Positions 18,613-29,273 of a DNA stretch of 59,787 bases are shown piece by piece. The position numbers and the translations under genes were made by a program. The DNA comes from an uncultured Synergistales bacterium (GTDB lineage Bacteria > Synergistota > Synergistia > Synergistales > Aminobacteriaceae), in assembly GCA_937897575.1 (NCBI GenBank), contig CALCQG010000051.1, positions 1 to 59,787 of the forward strand. Reading direction: 5' to 3'. The stretch's first letter is position 1, and the number at the start of each line of letters is the position of its first letter. Under the pieces are notes generated by a model, which ran no database searches, was not told where the DNA came from, and was given only the letters and a program-made list of their open reading frames with translations.

Positions 18613-18863
18613 GTCACCACGCCCCACACGGAGGACGGCCGGAACCGGGCGTCCAGGGTGGCGATCCGGAAGCCGCGCTCCGTGGCGATGACGGCTTTGC
18701 GCCCCTCGGAGGGGGGCACGCCGCGGTCCACCACGAAGATGGTCCCCGGGTGGTCGGCCGCCTGGAACATGAACGTGGACTGGGGGCGGGGCGCCAGCAT
18801 CTCCATGAGACGCCCCGCGAAGGGGGCCTGAATCTCGTTGCTCTGGGTCATGTGGACGGACAT
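18588..18863 (-). CDS. Minimal UmuD-like protein lacking the Ser/Lys protease dyad
   Basis: 91 aa directly upstream of and overlapping umuC. UmuD-like segments LxEMLxxRPQSTF, IFVVDR and VWGVVTWI are retained; GDSM and VKR are absent. GGAG RBS upstream of 18863. Confidence 0.7.
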   Translation of the reverse strand: MSVHMTQSNEIQAPFAGRLMEMLAPRPQSTFMFQAADHPGTIFVVDRGVPPSEGRKAVIATERGFRIATLDARFRPSSVWGVVTWILRKPS

Positions 18864-18926
18864 TGGGATCACGCTCCATAAGAATGTAAAAAAATAAAGT
18901 ACATACACATAGGCTTCTTTCCTCGG

Positions 18927-18954
18927 AGTATATCGTCTTCAAGGAGAATGTCAA
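18927..18954 (-). promoter_or_regulatory. Sigma70-type promoter for the umuD-like/umuC pair
   Basis: Minus strand TTGACA (18954-18949), 16-nt spacer, TATACT (18932-18927). Confidence 0.55.
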
Positions 18955-19160
18955 TATGATGTAAAGAAAACTATTTGATCACTTTTCTTCACCATGGATA
19001 ATGGTGTATATCCATGATCAAGAACGGCAGGACGACTTTATCGACATTTTTAACCGGTTATCTCTCTTCCTTTACTCCCTATGGCCGATGGCTTCGCCAA
19101 CGCGAGGCTTTGACTTTTCGTGACCGCTGCCCTATGCTCCCTCTGCGGAGGACGTGACAA

Positions 19161-19796
19161 ATGAGTATGAAGATTGCGCCGACGAAGGGCACCATGGCGA
19201 AGTACAGCACCTCCCTGAAGCTCGCGGTGAAGGGGCATGATCTTCTTGAGCAGAAGCGGACGATCCTGCTCATGGAGATGATGGGCCGCATCCGGGAGGC
19301 GAAGAGGATTCAGCGCTCCATGGAGGAGATCTTCTCCGACGCCTACTTCAGCCTCCAGATGGCCGGCATCTCCCACGGCATCGAGAACATCGAGGAGATC
19401 ACCTACTCCATCCCCGAGGTGGACGACTTCACCATCCGCCTCCACTCCGTCATGGGCGTGGAGATCCCCACGGTGGACCCCATCGAACAGCAGCCCGAGC
19501 CCTGCTACTCCTTTCTCGGGACGTCGGGCGTCCTGGACGACGCCTACCTTCAGGCGAAGAAGGTGCTGACCCTCATCGCCCGCCTGGCCGAGGTGGAGAC
19601 GTCGGTCTACCGCCTCGCCGTACAGATCCGGAAGACCTTCCGCCGGGTCAACGCCCTGGAAAAAGTGGTGATCCCGTCCCACCGACGCATCATCCGGTGG
19701 ATCACCGATGTCCTCGAGGAGAACGACCGGGAGGATTTCACCCGCATGAAGATCGCGCAGAAGATGGCGCAGTCCGAAGGAGGCGAGGAGCCATGA
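19161..19796 (+). CDS. ntpD: V/A-type ATP synthase subunit D
   Basis: Motifs APTKG, GHDLLEQKR, SVMGVEIP, LAEVE and KTFRRVNALEKVVIP. Confidence 0.95.
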   Translation: MSMKIAPTKGTMAKYSTSLKLAVKGHDLLEQKRTILLMEMMGRIREAKRIQRSMEEIFSDAYFSLQMAGISHGIENIEEITYSIPEVDDFTIRLHSVMGVEIPTVDPIEQQPEPCYSFLGTSGVLDDAYLQAKKVLTLIARLAEVETSVYRLAVQIRKTFRRVNALEKVVIPSHRRIIRWITDVLEENDREDFTRMKIAQKMAQSEGGEEP

Positions 19797-20131
19797 AGTT
19801 GAGCGACGTGCTCTCCGTGCTGCTGTCCACGGAGGACGAGGCCACGGAGTCCGTCGAGGCGGCGAGGCGGCAGGCCGAGCAGATCCTCCGGGAGAGCCGC
19901 GAGAAGGCGGCCTCGGACCAGGAGGCCCGGCTCACGGCGGCCCGCTCCCAGGCGAAGGCCATCGTGGAGTCGGCGCGCCACTCCGCCGAGCTCGAGGCGG
20001 CCCAGATCTCCGACATGGCCGTGCGGGGGCGGCAGAAGGTGAAGGACCAGTTCGCGGAGAAGGCGCCGGAGATCGTAGCAAAGCTGGCCGGCGAGATCGC
20101 CTCCCGATACGAGGAGAGGGGCAGGGGCTAG
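19793..20131 (+). CDS. V/A-type ATP synthase peripheral stalk subunit G/H
   Basis: 112-aa Ala/Glu/Arg-rich coiled coil (TEDEATESVEAARRQAEQIL). ATGA overlap with subunit D. Confidence 0.8.
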   Translation: MKLSDVLSVLLSTEDEATESVEAARRQAEQILRESREKAASDQEARLTAARSQAKAIVESARHSAELEAAQISDMAVRGRQKVKDQFAEKAPEIVAKLAGEIASRYEERGRG

Positions 20132-20132
20132 C

Positions 20133-21260
20133 ATGTCCTTTCTGGCGGCGGGCGAGACGGCCGCCGTGACGACAAAGGCCCGGATATTCAGGAGCCGGCT
20201 CCTCGGGAGGGAGGACTATCTCCGGTTTCTCGAGTGCGGCACCGTGGGGGAGATCGCCTCGCTCCTGGCCCGAACGGAGGGCTACGGGGACTACTTCAGG
20301 GACCGGTCGCCCGAGTCCATGCACCGGGGCAAGGTGGAGTGGATCATCACCTTCTTGCCCCTGCTCGAGGCGTTGCCCTTCCACCACTACCTCCGGGGGA
20401 CGAGGGAGGCCCTGCTGCGCTTCTGGGAGGAGCGCTTCGACGCCGACATGATCAAGAAGGTGCTCCGCATCATCGCCACGGGACGGGGCAACCGGGAGCT
20501 GCTGAAGCGGCGGGCGGAGTTCATCCCCATGACCCTCGTGGACGGCGAGCGTCTCGTCGCGGCCGCCACGTACCGGGATGTCCTCGCGGCCCTCGACGGG
20601 TCGCCGGTGAGACGCTCCCTCGAGGAGCCGCTGCGGCGCCTCGAGCGGGGCGATGGAAATCTCTTCAGGATCAAGATCGTCCTGGACAACTTCTTCTTCA
20701 CCCGCTTCCTGGAGACAGCCGCCCGCCTCCCGGCGGCGGAGCGGCGGGGGGTGTTCCGCATCTTCGGGACCCGGGCGGACCTGATCAACATGTACTGGAT
20801 CTACCGGGCGCGGCGTTTCTTCTCCATGTCCCCCGAGGAGGCCATGGGCGTGACCCTTTCGGTGCGGCACAAGCTGAACTTCGAGACGCTGAGCTCCTTC
20901 GCCTTCGCGCCCGACGTGCCGGCGATGATCGGGCTGTTCAAGGCCACGCCCTACGGAGCGGCCTTCGCCGGCCTGGGCGGAGGGAGGGTGGCCGTCGACG
21001 AGATGCGCCTGGAGCACAATCTGTACCGCATCCTGTGGCGGGCGGCGGCGAAGTGCTTCGCCACGGGGGAGATGGGCGTCCACATGGTCCTGGCCTACCT
21101 GACCCTCAAAGAGCTCGAGGTGAAGGACCTCTTCAGCATCATCGAGGATGTCCGGTACCAGTACGACAAGGGAACGATACGGCGCTTCTTCATCAACCCC
21201 GTGGAGGAGGCGTCGCAGGAGACGGAGAGGAGCGAAGCGGAATGGCTGTCGTCGAGATGA
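20133..21260 (+). CDS. ntpC: V/A-type ATP synthase subunit C
   Basis: Motifs KARIFRSRLL, DLINMYWIYRARRF and LAYLTLKELEVKDL...IIEDVRY. Operon context. Confidence 0.9.
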   Translation: MSFLAAGETAAVTTKARIFRSRLLGREDYLRFLECGTVGEIASLLARTEGYGDYFRDRSPESMHRGKVEWIITFLPLLEALPFHHYLRGTREALLRFWEERFDADMIKKVLRIIATGRGNRELLKRRAEFIPMTLVDGERLVAAATYRDVLAALDGSPVRRSLEEPLRRLERGDGNLFRIKIVLDNFFFTRFLETAARLPAAERRGVFRIFGTRADLINMYWIYRARRFFSMSPEEAMGVTLSVRHKLNFETLSSFAFAPDVPAMIGLFKATPYGAAFAGLGGGRVAVDEMRLEHNLYRILWRAAAKCFATGEMGVHMVLAYLTLKELEVKDLFSIIEDVRYQYDKGTIRRFFINPVEEASQETERSEAEWLSSR

Positions 21261-23188
21261 TGGGCGTCTCCCTGATCGGGCCGAAGCAGGAGATCGAGGG
21301 GCTGGCGGCGGAGCTCCTGACGTTGGGGAACTTCCAGCCCGTCCCCCTGGAGTACGCCCTGGAGAAACGCCCCGCAGCCCTGGAGAGGGGTGGAGCCCAC
21401 ATCACCACCTTCCAGAAGAACCCCTACGACGACCTTCTGAAGGACCTGCTCGCGCTGTGGGACAGGGCCGGCGAGCGGCTGCCCGAGGGGGAGCCCTTCG
21501 AGGGCCTCCCGCCGTCCCTCTCCTACGAACAGGCGGCGGACCAGGTCAGGGACATCTCGAAGAGGCTGGCGCTGTGGCAGCGCCGGACCGACGAGCTTCA
21601 GGAGGAGCAGGAGAAGCTGCTGGCGGCCGACGTCTTCCTCGACGCCATGGCCGAGGCGGGGCGCGACGTGGAGGCGACGCTGAAGACGAAGCATCTCGCC
21701 CTGACCTTCGGGCGCCTCACCACGGAGAACGCCAGACGCCTGCAGGAGATGGCCACGGTGACGCCCCTGATCGTCTTCCCCGTGGTGCAGTCCGAGGGGC
21801 ACACGCTGGTCGTCGTGTTCTGCTCCCGGGAGTACCGTCCCGAGGCGGACAACGTCTTCCGCTCCCTCTTCCTGAAGGAGTACCCTCTCTCCCAGCTCTT
21901 CGAGGGGGCGGGAGCGGACATGAAGGGGCGCCTCAAGGACAGGGTCGGCGAGTACGACCGGGCCATCCTCGGTCTGAAGGCCGCCCCGAAGAACTACCTT
22001 GGCCGGCGCCGACGCGAGCTCGAGGAGCTCTACTCCGCCGTCATGGCCCTTCAGAGGGTCTATGCCCTCTGCCAGAGGCGCGGCGAGCTGAGCGGCGTCG
22101 TGGTGCTCTCGGGCCTCATCCCCGCCCCGACCCTCCCCGAGGTGGCGTCGGCCGTGGAGCGATTGGGCGCGAACACCCTGCTCCTCACGGAGAAGGAGGA
22201 GGAGCTGGAGCGGCGCGGTCGGCAGCTTCCGACGCTCCTGAAGAACAACCCCTTCGTGAAGACCTTCCAGGAGCTGGTGGCCCTCTACAGCCTGCCCTCC
22301 TACGACGAGGCCGACCCCTCGCCCCTCGTGGCGCTGAGTTTCTGCCTCTTCTTCGGCTTCATGTTCGGCGACGTGGGACACGGGGCCCTGCTCGTCCTGG
22401 GAGCCTGGTACCTGGCCAGGAGGAACGTCCTGAACAAGGCCTTCGCCTCCATCATCCGCATCGCCGGGCTGTCGGCCATGGGCTTCGGCCTTCTCTACGG
22501 CAGCGTCTTCGGCTCCGAGGAGATCCTTCCCGCCCTGTGGACGTCGCCCATGCACGGCATCCCGCACCTGATCCGCACGTCCCTCGTCGTGGGCGTCGCC
22601 TTTCTGAGCCTCGGGCTCCTCATCAACATCCTGGGGCTCTCCAGGAAAAAACGCTTCGGCCGGATGCTCTTCGACGGCGAGGGCGTGGCGGGGCTCCTCT
22701 TCTACTGGATCGCCGTCCTCGCCGCTCTGTCGGCCTTCTCGGGGGGCGGCGTGCCCCTGGCCGCCAAGATCCTCCTCGTCGCCCTCTTCCTGGTCATCCT
22801 GTTCAGCGCGCCTCTCGAGCGTCTGATCTTCGGGCCCCAGGAGGGGGAGAGCAGCGCCGTGGTCCATACGTTCTCCGTCTTCCACGCCATGCTCTCCTTC
22901 CTGAGCAACACCGCCTCCTTCGTCCGACTCGCCGCCTTCGCGCTGAACCACGCCGGGCTCTCCGCCGCCGTCTTCATGCTCGGCGATATGGTACACACCC
23001 TGCCGGGCGGCGTGCTCTTCAAGACGGCGGTCCTGATCGTCGGCAACGCCGTCATCGTCGGCCTCGAGGGGCTCATCGTCTTCATCCAGACGCTGCGCCT
23101 CGAGTACTACGAGTTCTTCAGCAAGTTCTACCGGGGCGGGGGCACCCCCTTCTCCCCGATCACATGGGATTCGCAAATACGGGAATAA
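21242..23188 (+). CDS. ntpI: V/A-type ATP synthase subunit I (a)
   Basis: Motifs PTLLKNN, YSLPSYDEADP, FGFMFGDVGHG, LSNTASFVRLAAFALNHAGLS and LEGLIVFIQTLRLEYYEFFSKFY. Start MAVVEM at 21242. Confidence 0.95.
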   Translation: MAVVEMMGVSLIGPKQEIEGLAAELLTLGNFQPVPLEYALEKRPAALERGGAHITTFQKNPYDDLLKDLLALWDRAGERLPEGEPFEGLPPSLSYEQAADQVRDISKRLALWQRRTDELQEEQEKLLAADVFLDAMAEAGRDVEATLKTKHLALTFGRLTTENARRLQEMATVTPLIVFPVVQSEGHTLVVVFCSREYRPEADNVFRSLFLKEYPLSQLFEGAGADMKGRLKDRVGEYDRAILGLKAAPKNYLGRRRRELEELYSAVMALQRVYALCQRRGELSGVVVLSGLIPAPTLPEVASAVERLGANTLLLTEKEEELERRGRQLPTLLKNNPFVKTFQELVALYSLPSYDEADPSPLVALSFCLFFGFMFGDVGHGALLVLGAWYLARRNVLNKAFASIIRIAGLSAMGFGLLYGSVFGSEEILPALWTSPMHGIPHLIRTSLVVGVAFLSLGLLINILGLSRKKRFGRMLFDGEGVAGLLFYWIAVLAALSAFSGGGVPLAAKILLVALFLVILFSAPLERLIFGPQEGESSAVVHTFSVFHAMLSFLSNTASFVRLAAFALNHAGLSAAVFMLGDMVHTLPGGVLFKTAVLIVGNAVIVGLEGLIVFIQTLRLEYYEFFSKFYRGGGTPFSPITWDSQIRE

Positions 23189-23201
23189 AGGAGCGATTTG
23201 C

Positions 23202-23615
23202 ATGACGGGACTTCTTGTGATGTGCACGGGGACGGCGTTCACCTGCGCCGCCGGGTGGGCCCTCCGGGGACGGACGGTGCGGGCTCCGAAACGGGTGCTG
23301 GGCGGCGCCGTGGTGGCGCTGTGGGGCCTCCTCGTCGCCGGGGCCATCCTGACCCTCTTCCCCGAGGGGGCAGCGGCGGCCGACGGTGCTACGGCGGGCC
23401 TTGGCGCCGGGATCGGCTTCATGGGCGCGAGCCTCGCGACGGGGCTGGCCTGTCTGGGCGCGGGCATCGCCGTGGCCGTCGTCGGCGCGGCGGCGCTGGG
23501 GGTCGTGGGCGAAAAGCCCTCCATGCTGGGGACCACGCTCATCTACCTCGGCCTGGCCGAGGGGATCGCCATCTACGGCGTCATCGTCTCCCTGCTGATC
23601 CTGGGAAAACTGTAG
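23202..23615 (+). CDS. ntpK: V/A-type ATP synthase proteolipid subunit K (c)
   Basis: C-terminal hairpin GAGIAVAVVGAAALG...EKP...LGLAEGIAIYG carries the ion-binding Glu. Long hydrophobic N-terminal extension. Confidence 0.93.
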   Translation: MTGLLVMCTGTAFTCAAGWALRGRTVRAPKRVLGGAVVALWGLLVAGAILTLFPEGAAAADGATAGLGAGIGFMGASLATGLACLGAGIAVAVVGAAALGVVGEKPSMLGTTLIYLGLAEGIAIYGVIVSLLILGKL

Positions 23616-23618
23616 GCC

Positions 23619-23933
23619 ATGAAGGCCTTCCTCGTCAGCGACAACCACGACACCCTCGTGCTTCTGAACCTCGCGGGCATTCGGGGCATGATCGCCCGGG
23701 ACCCCGCCGAGGTCCGCCTGACCGTGGACGACGTCCTGAAGAACCGTCATGACGTGGGCGTCCTTGTGATGACGGAGCGGGTCGCCGAGATGGTCCCCGA
23801 CCTGGTGAAGGCCCTCAGGGAGCGCGGGGAACCGCCCCTGCTCGTGGAGATCCCCGACCGGCACGGCAGCCGGAGGGGCGCGGACTTTCTGACGAGGTAC
23901 ATACGCAGTGCGATTGGAGTGAACATCGAATGA
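23619..23933 (+). CDS. V/A-type ATP synthase subunit F
   Basis: Motifs SDNHDTLVLLNLAGI, PLLVEIPDRHG and YIRSAIG. Confidence 0.92.
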   Translation: MKAFLVSDNHDTLVLLNLAGIRGMIARDPAEVRLTVDDVLKNRHDVGVLVMTERVAEMVPDLVKALRERGEPPLLVEIPDRHGSRRGADFLTRYIRSAIGVNIE

Positions 23934-24577
23934 CCACACCCATTTCCGGGAAGGACCCCGAGTACGAGATCCGGAACCCGGACAAGCTGAACGCCCTGAA
24001 GGGGCTGCTGCTCAAGCGGGCCGACGAGGAGCGGGAGACCATCCTCGCGTCGGCCAGGGCCGAGGCGTCCAAGTGGACGGCCGACCAGGGGGCGACGGTG
24101 GACGGCCTGGTGGAGCAGATCCACGGCGAGGCGGTGAAGCGTTCCGAGGAGATCTCCCGCCGCCAGATAACGGGCGCCACCACGGCCCAGACGAAGGATC
24201 GCCTCCGGCTTCAGAGCAGCCTGCTCGACGAGGCCGTGTCCATGCTCCAGAGGGAGCTCACCGCCCTCCGGGACCGGAGCGACTACCTCTCCATCCTGGC
24301 CGGAGTGACCCTCGAGTCCCTGGAGAACATGCCCGACGGGACGACGGTGCAGGTCCAGCTCGCCCAGGAGGACAGCGCGCTGGGCGACGAGCTCGTGGCG
24401 CGCCTCGGGCAGAAGCGCCCGGGGGTGACCTTCCTCTTTCTCCGCGACCCGGCGCCCATCCTCGGCGGCACATGGCTCTCGGCGCCCGACGGGTCGTGGC
24501 GGACGCCCGCGGACTGGAAACAGGTGATCTCCGACCTGAAGGACACCGTGGCCGAGCGCATCCTCGCGGTGCTCTAG
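23930..24577 (+). CDS. ntpE: V/A-type ATP synthase subunit E
   Basis: N-terminal coiled coil and C-terminal ILGG motif. Lies between F and A. Confidence 0.85.
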   Translation: MTTPISGKDPEYEIRNPDKLNALKGLLLKRADEERETILASARAEASKWTADQGATVDGLVEQIHGEAVKRSEEISRRQITGATTAQTKDRLRLQSSLLDEAVSMLQRELTALRDRSDYLSILAGVTLESLENMPDGTTVQVQLAQEDSALGDELVARLGQKRPGVTFLFLRDPAPILGGTWLSAPDGSWRTPADWKQVISDLKDTVAERILAVL

Positions 24578-24587
24578 GAGGCGCGCC

Positions 24588-26369
24588 ATGGACGACAGAC
24601 AGGGACGGATCACCACCGTCAACGGCCCCGTCATCCGGGCCTCGGGCATGCGGAGCTTCTCCATGCGCGAGATGGTCCGGGTGGGCGAGCTGCACCTCAT
24701 CGGCGAGATCATCCGCCTCGAAGGGGACCACGCCCTCATCCAGGTCTACGAGGACACGGCTGGGCTCCGGACCGGGGAGCCCGTGGAGGGCACGGGGCTG
24801 CCCCTCTCCATGACCCTGGGGCCAGGCCTCATGGGCTCCATCTACGACGGCATCGGGCGTCCCCTGGTCCACCTCATGGAGAGGGAGGGAAACTTCATCG
24901 CGAGGGGCCTGTCAGTGCCCCAGATCGATATGGACAGGACCTGGGAGCTCACCCCCAGGGTGGCCCCCGGCGACGTGGTGACCGAGGGGACGGTGTTGGC
25001 CGTCATCCAGGAGACGTCCCTCGTAGAGCACAGGATTCAGGTCCCGGCGGGCGTGAGCGGCGAGGTGCTCTCCGTGCTCCCCGCGGGGTACCACAAGACC
25101 TCCTCCGTCGTGGCGAGGCTCCGGGACATCACGGGCAGGGAGCGGGCCATCCCCATGGTCACCCGGTGGCCCGTGCGTCTGCCCCGGCCGGCGAAGGAGC
25201 GCCTCGCCCCCGAGGAGCCCCTGATCACGGGGCAGCGCGTCATCGACGGCCTCTTCCCCATCTCGAAGGGCGGCGTCGCCGCCATCCCCGGCGGTTTCGG
25301 CACGGGGAAGACGGTGACCCAGCACCAGCTCGCCAAGTGGAGCGACGCCCGGATCGTAGTCTACATCGGCTGCGGCGAGCGAGGGAACGAGATGACCCAG
25401 GTACTCGAGGAGTTCCCCGTCCTGGAGGACCCCCACTCGGGCAAGCCGCTCATGGAGCGGACCATCCTCATCGCCAACACGTCGAATATGCCCGTGGCGG
25501 CGCGGGAGGCCTCCATCTACACGGGCATCACCATCGCCGAGTACTACCGTGACATGGGGTACGACGTGGCCCTCATGGCCGACTCCACGTCCCGCTGGGC
25601 CGAGGCGCTGCGTGAGATATCGGGCCGGCTGGGCGAGATCCCCGCCGAGGAGGGTTTCCCCGCCTATCTGCCCACGCGGATCGCCGAGTTCTACGAGCGC
25701 GCCGGCCGGGTGACCACCATCGGAGGGGAGGCGGGCAGCATCTCCATCATCGGCGCCGTCTCGCCCCCGGGCGGGGACTTCACCGAGCCCGTGACGCGGC
25801 ACACGAAGCGGTTCATCCGGTGCTTCTGGGCCCTGGACCAGCAGCTGGCCCACTCGCGGCACTTCCCCGCCATCAGCTGGACGGACTCCTACAGCGAGTA
25901 CGGCGACGAGGTGAAGGACTGGTACACCGCCCACGTGAGCCCGGCATGGGGCACGCTGCGGGACCGGGCCCGGGAGATTCTGGCCGAGGACGACAAGATC
26001 CAGCAGATCGTGCGCCTCGTCGGCGAGGACGTCCTCCCCGACGATCAGAAGCTCACGGCCCTCACGGCGGGGCTGCTCAAGAACGGATACCTCCAGCAGA
26101 GCGCCTTCGGCCCCGACTCCTACTGCCCGCCGGAGAAGGGGACGGCGATCCTCGACCTCATGATCGCCTTCTACGACAAGGCGGAGAAGCTTCTCGCCCG
26201 AGGGTGCCCCCTCTCCCTGCTGAAGGGCATGAGGGAGCTCACGGAGCTCACCCACATCCGCGAGATCCCGGCGGACAAAACGGAGGCCTTCGCCGATCTC
26301 AGAAAACGCCTCTTCGACCGCATGGACGAGATCGACAGGGAGCGCATCGCCCCCAGGAGGGAGGAGTGA
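24588..26369 (+). CDS. ntpA: V/A-type ATP synthase catalytic subunit A
   Basis: Walker [10 protein letters not shown], plus [42 protein letters not shown] and [14 protein letters not shown]. Confidence 0.98.
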   Translation: MDDRQGRITTVNGPVIRASGMRSFSMREMVRVGELHLIGEIIRLEGDHALIQVYEDTAGLRTGEPVEGTGLPLSMTLGPGLMGSIYDGIGRPLVHLMEREGNFIARGLSVPQIDMDRTWELTPRVAPGDVVTEGTVLAVIQETSLVEHRIQVPAGVSGEVLSVLPAGYHKTSSVVARLRDITGRERAIPMVTRWPVRLPRPAKERLAPEEPLITGQRVIDGLFPISKGGVAAIPGGFGTGKTVTQHQLAKWSDARIVVYIGCGERGNEMTQVLEEFPVLEDPHSGKPLMERTILIANTSNMPVAAREASIYTGITIAEYYRDMGYDVALMADSTSRWAEALREISGRLGEIPAEEGFPAYLPTRIAEFYERAGRVTTIGGEAGSISIIGAVSPPGGDFTEPVTRHTKRFIRCFWALDQQLAHSRHFPAISWTDSYSEYGDEVKDWYTAHVSPAWGTLRDRAREILAEDDKIQQIVRLVGEDVLPDDQKLTALTAGLLKNGYLQQSAFGPDSYCPPEKGTAILDLMIAFYDKAEKLLARGCPLSLLKGMRELTELTHIREIPADKTEAFADLRKRLFDRMDEIDRERIAPRREE

Positions 26370-26371
26370 CC

Positions 26372-27745
26372 ATGGCGCGAACGGAGTACATCGGTGCGGA
26401 GAGAATATCGGGCCCTTTCGTCTTCCTCCCGGGCATCACCGGCGTCGGGTACGACGAGATCGTGGACGTTCTCTCCGGTGACGGGACCGCCCGGCGGGGC
26501 CAGGTGGTCCTCGTGGACGAAAAAGCCACCCTCGTCCAGGTCTTCGAGGGCACCGACGGCCTCGTCCCGTCGTCCACGGCCGTGCGCTTCCTGGGCCACG
26601 AGCTGGAGATCGCCCTCTCGCCCTCCATCCTGGGGCGGACCTTCTCGGGGCTCGGCGAGCCACGAGACGGCTGCGGCGACGTGCTCGGCGGCATACGACG
26701 CCCAGTGAACGGGGCGGCCATCAACCCCATGGCGCGGGAGTACCCCAGGGACTTCATCTCCACGGGCATCTCGTCCCTGGACGTGCTGCTCACCCTCATC
26801 CGCGGCCAGAAGCTCCCCATCTTCTCGGGAAACGGGCTTCCCCACAACCGGCTTGCCGTACAGATCGCCACCCAGTCGAAGCTCGTGGGCGCCGAAAACT
26901 TCGCCGTGGTCTTCGCCGGAATCGGCATCAAGCACGACGACGCGGCCTACTTCCAGAGGACGCTCTCGTCCTACGGCCAGGGCGGCCACTTCGTCCTCTT
27001 CCTGAACCTCGCCGACGACCCCGTCATCGAGCGGATCGCCACGCCCCGCTTCGCCCTCACGACGGCGGAGTATCTGGCCTTCGACCTCGGCATGCACGTC
27101 CTCGTCATCATGACGGACATGACGAGCTACTGCGAGGCCCTTCGGGAGCTCTCCGTCGCCCGGGGGGAGGTCCCCAGCCGCAAGGGGTACCCCTCCTACC
27201 TCTACAGCGACCTGGCCGCCCTCTACGAGCGAGCCGGGGTGCTGCGGAACGGACGGGGCAGCGTCACCCAGATCCCCATCCTCACCATGCCCAACGACGA
27301 CATCACCCACCCCATCCCCGACCTCACGGGCTTCATCACCGAGGGGCAGATCGTCCTCTCGCGGGACCTGGAGGCCCGGGGCGTCTACCCGCCCGTGGAC
27401 GTCCTCACGAGCCTGTCGCGCCTCATGAAGGACGGCATCGGCAAGGGCTTCACGAGGGAGGACCACCCAGACCTCGCCGGACAGCTCTTCGCCTCCTACA
27501 GCCGCGTCATGGACGTCCGGGCCCTGGCCGGCGTCGTGGGCGAGGACGAGGTCAGCCCGACGGACAAGAGCGCCCTCGCCTTCGGCGAGGCCTTCGAGAA
27601 CACCTTTCTCAAACAGGAGGGCGACGAAAACCGCGAGATCGGCCAGTCCCTCGACCTGGGCTGGCAGCTTCTCGCCGCCCTCCCCGAATCGGAGCTCTCC
27701 CGCCTCTCCATGGACGAGATCGAGAAGTTCATACGGAAGAAATAA
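26372..27745 (+). CDS. ntpB: V/A-type ATP synthase subunit B
   Basis: Motifs [28 protein letters not shown] and [23 protein letters not shown]. Start MARTEY at 26372. Confidence 0.97.
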   Translation: MARTEYIGAERISGPFVFLPGITGVGYDEIVDVLSGDGTARRGQVVLVDEKATLVQVFEGTDGLVPSSTAVRFLGHELEIALSPSILGRTFSGLGEPRDGCGDVLGGIRRPVNGAAINPMAREYPRDFISTGISSLDVLLTLIRGQKLPIFSGNGLPHNRLAVQIATQSKLVGAENFAVVFAGIGIKHDDAAYFQRTLSSYGQGGHFVLFLNLADDPVIERIATPRFALTTAEYLAFDLGMHVLVIMTDMTSYCEALRELSVARGEVPSRKGYPSYLYSDLAALYERAGVLRNGRGSVTQIPILTMPNDDITHPIPDLTGFITEGQIVLSRDLEARGVYPPVDVLTSLSRLMKDGIGKGFTREDHPDLAGQLFASYSRVMDVRALAGVVGEDEVSPTDKSALAFGEAFENTFLKQEGDENREIGQSLDLGWQLLAALPESELSRLSMDEIEKFIRKK

Positions 27746-27762
27746 AAGAACGACAGGAAAGC

Positions 27763-27818
27763 AGCAAGGAGCCAGCCGGGGCGATTCGATTCCGGCTGGC
27801 TCCTTGCTTTCTCTTTTT
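27763..27818 (+). terminator. Intrinsic terminator of the V-ATPase operon
   Basis: 17-bp stem AGCAAGGAGCCAGCCGG / CCGGCTGGCTCCTTGCT followed by a T-rich tail. Confidence 0.85.
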
Positions 27819-27857
27819 CATATGAGAAAGGTCTTTCCTGTCAGAAAAAACCGCTCT

Positions 27858-28751
27858 TTAGTACTCCATATACTGCTCAGGGGCGTTTCGGAGAAGCCAT
27901 ACTTTCTCTTCCGCGGTTTCCGCAATGAGGACGGAACAGGCCGGCCCCAGAAGGAAGTGCTTCCCCTCCGTCTCAAGCATGACCTTCTTTATCTTTTTTT
28001 TCAACACTTCCGGCTCCGCGGCGGCCATGAAGTGCCTGTTCGGACCGCCCCCGATTGCCAGATGGTCTCCCAGAATGCGCCGCCCTTCCGCATAGCTCGG
28101 GTTGTTTCCCGTGGAGGAGTCCCAGTGAACCATGGTTATGGGGTACTTCGTCATCGATTCGAAGTGAATCTTGTCGCCGCACAGATGGAGCATAGTGAAG
28201 GGAAGGTCCTCTACCGTCTCCAGGATTCGCCTGTCGTACTTTCCTGCCACTTTCTGGTACTCTTCGGCGCTGGTGAAGTCGTCCGACGTCTCCTTGGTCG
28301 CAAAGAAGAGGCCGTCCACCCCGATCTTTTTTAGCTCTTCCGCGAACAGAACGAAGGTCTCGGTGATGATTTCCATCCCCTTGTCGAGCTTATCGGGAGC
28401 CTCCCGCATGTACCTCTCGAGATCGTGAGTCCCCTGAATGAACCCACAGAGATGGTTGGCGATCATCAGAGGGGAGAAGATCGTCATGATGAAGGGAACC
28501 TTGTTCCCAAGGCCTTTTATAATCTCGAATACCGCCTTCAGTATCTGTCCCAAGACTCCTTCTCTCAGTTTCAGGACGTTCAGCTTCTCCCAGTCTCCGA
28601 TATTCTTTACGGTATAGTCCACGCACTCAGGCCAATCACCGGCTTTGCCCGACTGAGAGTAGGCAGATCCCCAGTCTTCGAGGTGATAGCTGTAACGAGG
28701 ATGAACCTTCATGTAGTCCCAATCGTAGAAGTTCTGAAAATCGAGCATCAA
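27858..28751 (-). pseudogene. Uroporphyrinogen decarboxylase/MtaA-CmuA family protein, apparently 5'-truncated
   Basis: URO-D fold motifs YDWDYMK, PFIMTIFSPL, GVDGLFFA, MLHLCG and HFLLGPACSV. The N-terminal segment typical of the family is missing, there is an in-frame stop 12 codons upstream, and no RBS precedes the TTG/ATG. Confidence 0.6.
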
Positions 28752-29273
28752 GGGTATTTTATCCGTGCCTCTTCGCGCCCCATATCATGCGAATAACAGA
28801 ACGACACGCATGCCGAGCCCTTCCTGAAAATGAGCGACAAAAATACCGCGTGCTATTTCTCGGAATAGGATAGTATCCTGACTATAGATTCTCGGAAATA
28901 CGGTGCACATCATCAGCAAAACCCATTAAGTATACTTATGATATAATTCGTTCTAGGGTGAATAGAAACGGAAGAGGGACATCTCCGTTCTCCGAAACTG
29001 AGGGATTTGTCATCGTCGGTTCACCGTGAAGAATGCTGTTGACAGCACAACAATGCCGTACATAACTTGGAAATTCAACAGAATTCATTGCGCGTCTGTC
29101 CTTTAGAGTTTATGACATGTCGTACTGTCCGCGTATCCCTCCCTCGAACAATGAGAAGAGGAGGTGATAGATCAAAATCAAACCACATTCTCTCGAATCT
29201 CTCGGTAGCATAAGGCGCTTCTTGTATCTTGACAGAGGTAGCGTTAAGAGTGAGAAAGGATGTGACATCCACA

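Noticed and set aside
18613..18954. N-terminal extension of UmuC to 18954 as in the ORF track
   Set aside because: UmuC homology begins near LCDCNNF. The extension overlaps the umuD-like gene, and its TTG start coincides with the -35 box.
18964..18989. Inverted repeat AAGAAAA...TTTTCTT as a LexA box
   Set aside because: It does not match the GAAC-N4-GTTC or CTG-N10-CAG boxes I know and is low-complexity AT-rich sequence.
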